Under the pieces are notes generated by a model. It saw only the letters and a list, made by a program, of their open reading frames with translations. It had not been told where the DNA came from and searched no databases. From Isurus oxyrinchus (taxonomy: Eukaryota), in assembly GCA_026770705.1 (NCBI GenBank), contig JANJGN010000026.1, positions 39,184,001-39,248,000 of the forward strand: a stretch of DNA of 64,000 nucleotides, given 5' to 3'. This document shows positions 62,601 to 64,000 of this stretch, one piece after another. The position numbers and the translations under genes are program-made. The first letter of the stretch is position 1. Each line of letters begins with the position of its first letter.

Positions 62601-63449
62601 GCAAAATGAATTATTAATATTGTCATTAATATAACTATTAACAATTATATTGGTTAAACATTTTTCGGTAAACAGCGCTGAGTTACTGGGTACATGATTG
62701 ATCTTTCCTTATCGTGCAACAGAATCTCTCCCACTATCCACGACTATTAAGCTGGTCGCTGCACGCTGCCATTCATGTTCAATGCACCACTATCAGGAGT
62801 AATCCTCTGTGCTAGAGCTAACTGAAACGGTGGCAGATGAATGGAGAGACAGTTACAGATACATAGGTATTCCCAGGCTGTCATATTGCAAAACAAATGA
62901 TATTTATCAACATTTTCTGCCTTTGATCGTTTTAAGAAACTTTAGATGTGTCTCATTCCAATAATGTTTTGATATATCGATAGTTCCATACCTTCAACTT
63001 TCCCATACAACCAATTGCTTGCAACCGAATGATGTCTCCTACCCTATGAAAGACTCTCAACCCATTCACCACTCCTAAGCGATCGATGTTGCACAATCTG
63101 TCAATGATCGCCTATTGTATAACGATTCAAAGTCCAATGAGTATTCTTCTGTTTAAGGAAATGACCCAATTTGTTCAGAAATCCTCTCAATGACTGTGAA
63201 GTTCAGGCTAACCTTGGTTCTTAGAATACAATTCACACAATAGCTGAGCTATTCTGTTGTCAGGTTCAAGGTCACACCCACCGTCAGTGCCTCTGCTCCC
63301 GGCGGGACTCTACAATAGGTTTTGGGGTACAGGAGAGGCCCGGATTCAATCTGGTTTAACGATGTATCTATATTGAAGGCTGAGCCATTGAATGTCTGGA
63401 TTTCTATATATTGGTGTCCTCTTGATCTATGTATTCATTCACAATGAAC

Positions 63450-63790
63450 CCTGGCTGTCAGCTTTGGTTCAGTTGGTAACACTTCCCCCCTTTACATTAA
63501 ATTGAGGCCGTCTGCCCTCTCAAGTCGATGTAAAAGATCCCATAGTACTATCCTGGCTGGAAGTGCAGGGGAGTTGTCCCAGGTTTCTTCGCAAATATTT
63601 AGCAACCAATAAACATGACAAAATATTAACTGGTCATTATCGCACTGCTGCTTTTGGGAGCTTGCTGTGCGCAAATTGGCTGCTGCCCTTCCGACAAGAC
63701 AACAGTGAATACATTTCGGAAGTGCGTTTTTGGCTGTAAAACACTCAGAGATGTCCGGTGATGGTGAAAAGCGCTATAATACATTTTTCC
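63450..63790 (+). mobile_element. tRNA-derived Deu-domain SINE
   Basis: A-box-like TGGTTCAGTTGG, then 'gatgtaaaagatccca..caggggagttgtccc..gggagcttgctgtgcgcaaattggctgc', typical of DeuSINEs. Confidence 0.7.
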
Positions 63791-64000
63791 TTTTCCCCTT
63801 TTTTGAACTCTAGGTGTAAAATGAAAAGTGTTGGATTGAGGCAGGGAATCATAGCCTTCTAGGATGCGCCTACACACCAGGCTGGGAAAGAGGTCATTCA
63901 GCCACTCAGGACTGTACCAGCATTAAAATAAACTATCGAATTTGTCTCATGCACTCTCACTCCCACTCCCCACCCACCCCATGCTGTTCCTCCATAGCCC

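Noticed and set aside
1-64000. Constant-region exons, TRDD/TRDJ/TRAJ segments or bona fide IgH V segments
   Set aside because: No C1-set exon, FGxG-type J with a 12-RSS, or clear IgHV sequence was seen. The gaps could hide small elements.

Overview
Eukaryotic genomic DNA, most likely from a shark or other elasmobranch. The window is part of the V-segment region of the T-cell receptor alpha/delta locus. I can read about 17 V segments; 5 appear intact (all on the minus strand) and about 12 are pseudogenes on both strands. The centrepiece is two complete, paralogous NAR-TCR cassettes (about 30.1-34.7 kb and 49.4-54.0 kb, minus strand). Each has a leader, an IgNAR-like V (22-bp-spacer RSS), one D (12/12 RSS), an IgNAR-like J (23-RSS), and then a leaderless supporting TCR-delta V with a CDR1 cysteine and its own 23-RSS. 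No constant exons and no conventional TRDD/TRDJ segments are visible. The rest is CR1-, Tx1- and Penelope-type retroelements, SINEs, satellites, an intron-containing tRNA-Arg pseudogene, an orphan GPR139-like first exon and two assembly gaps. Less expected features include a triplicated RSS, vestigial leaders and promoters on the supporting Vs, Trp41-to-Phe in both NAR Vs, a CTCF-motif array between the cassettes, RSS-adjacent CTCF motifs, and a 12/23-legal route to three-V-domain receptors. All calls are from manual reading; no searches were run.
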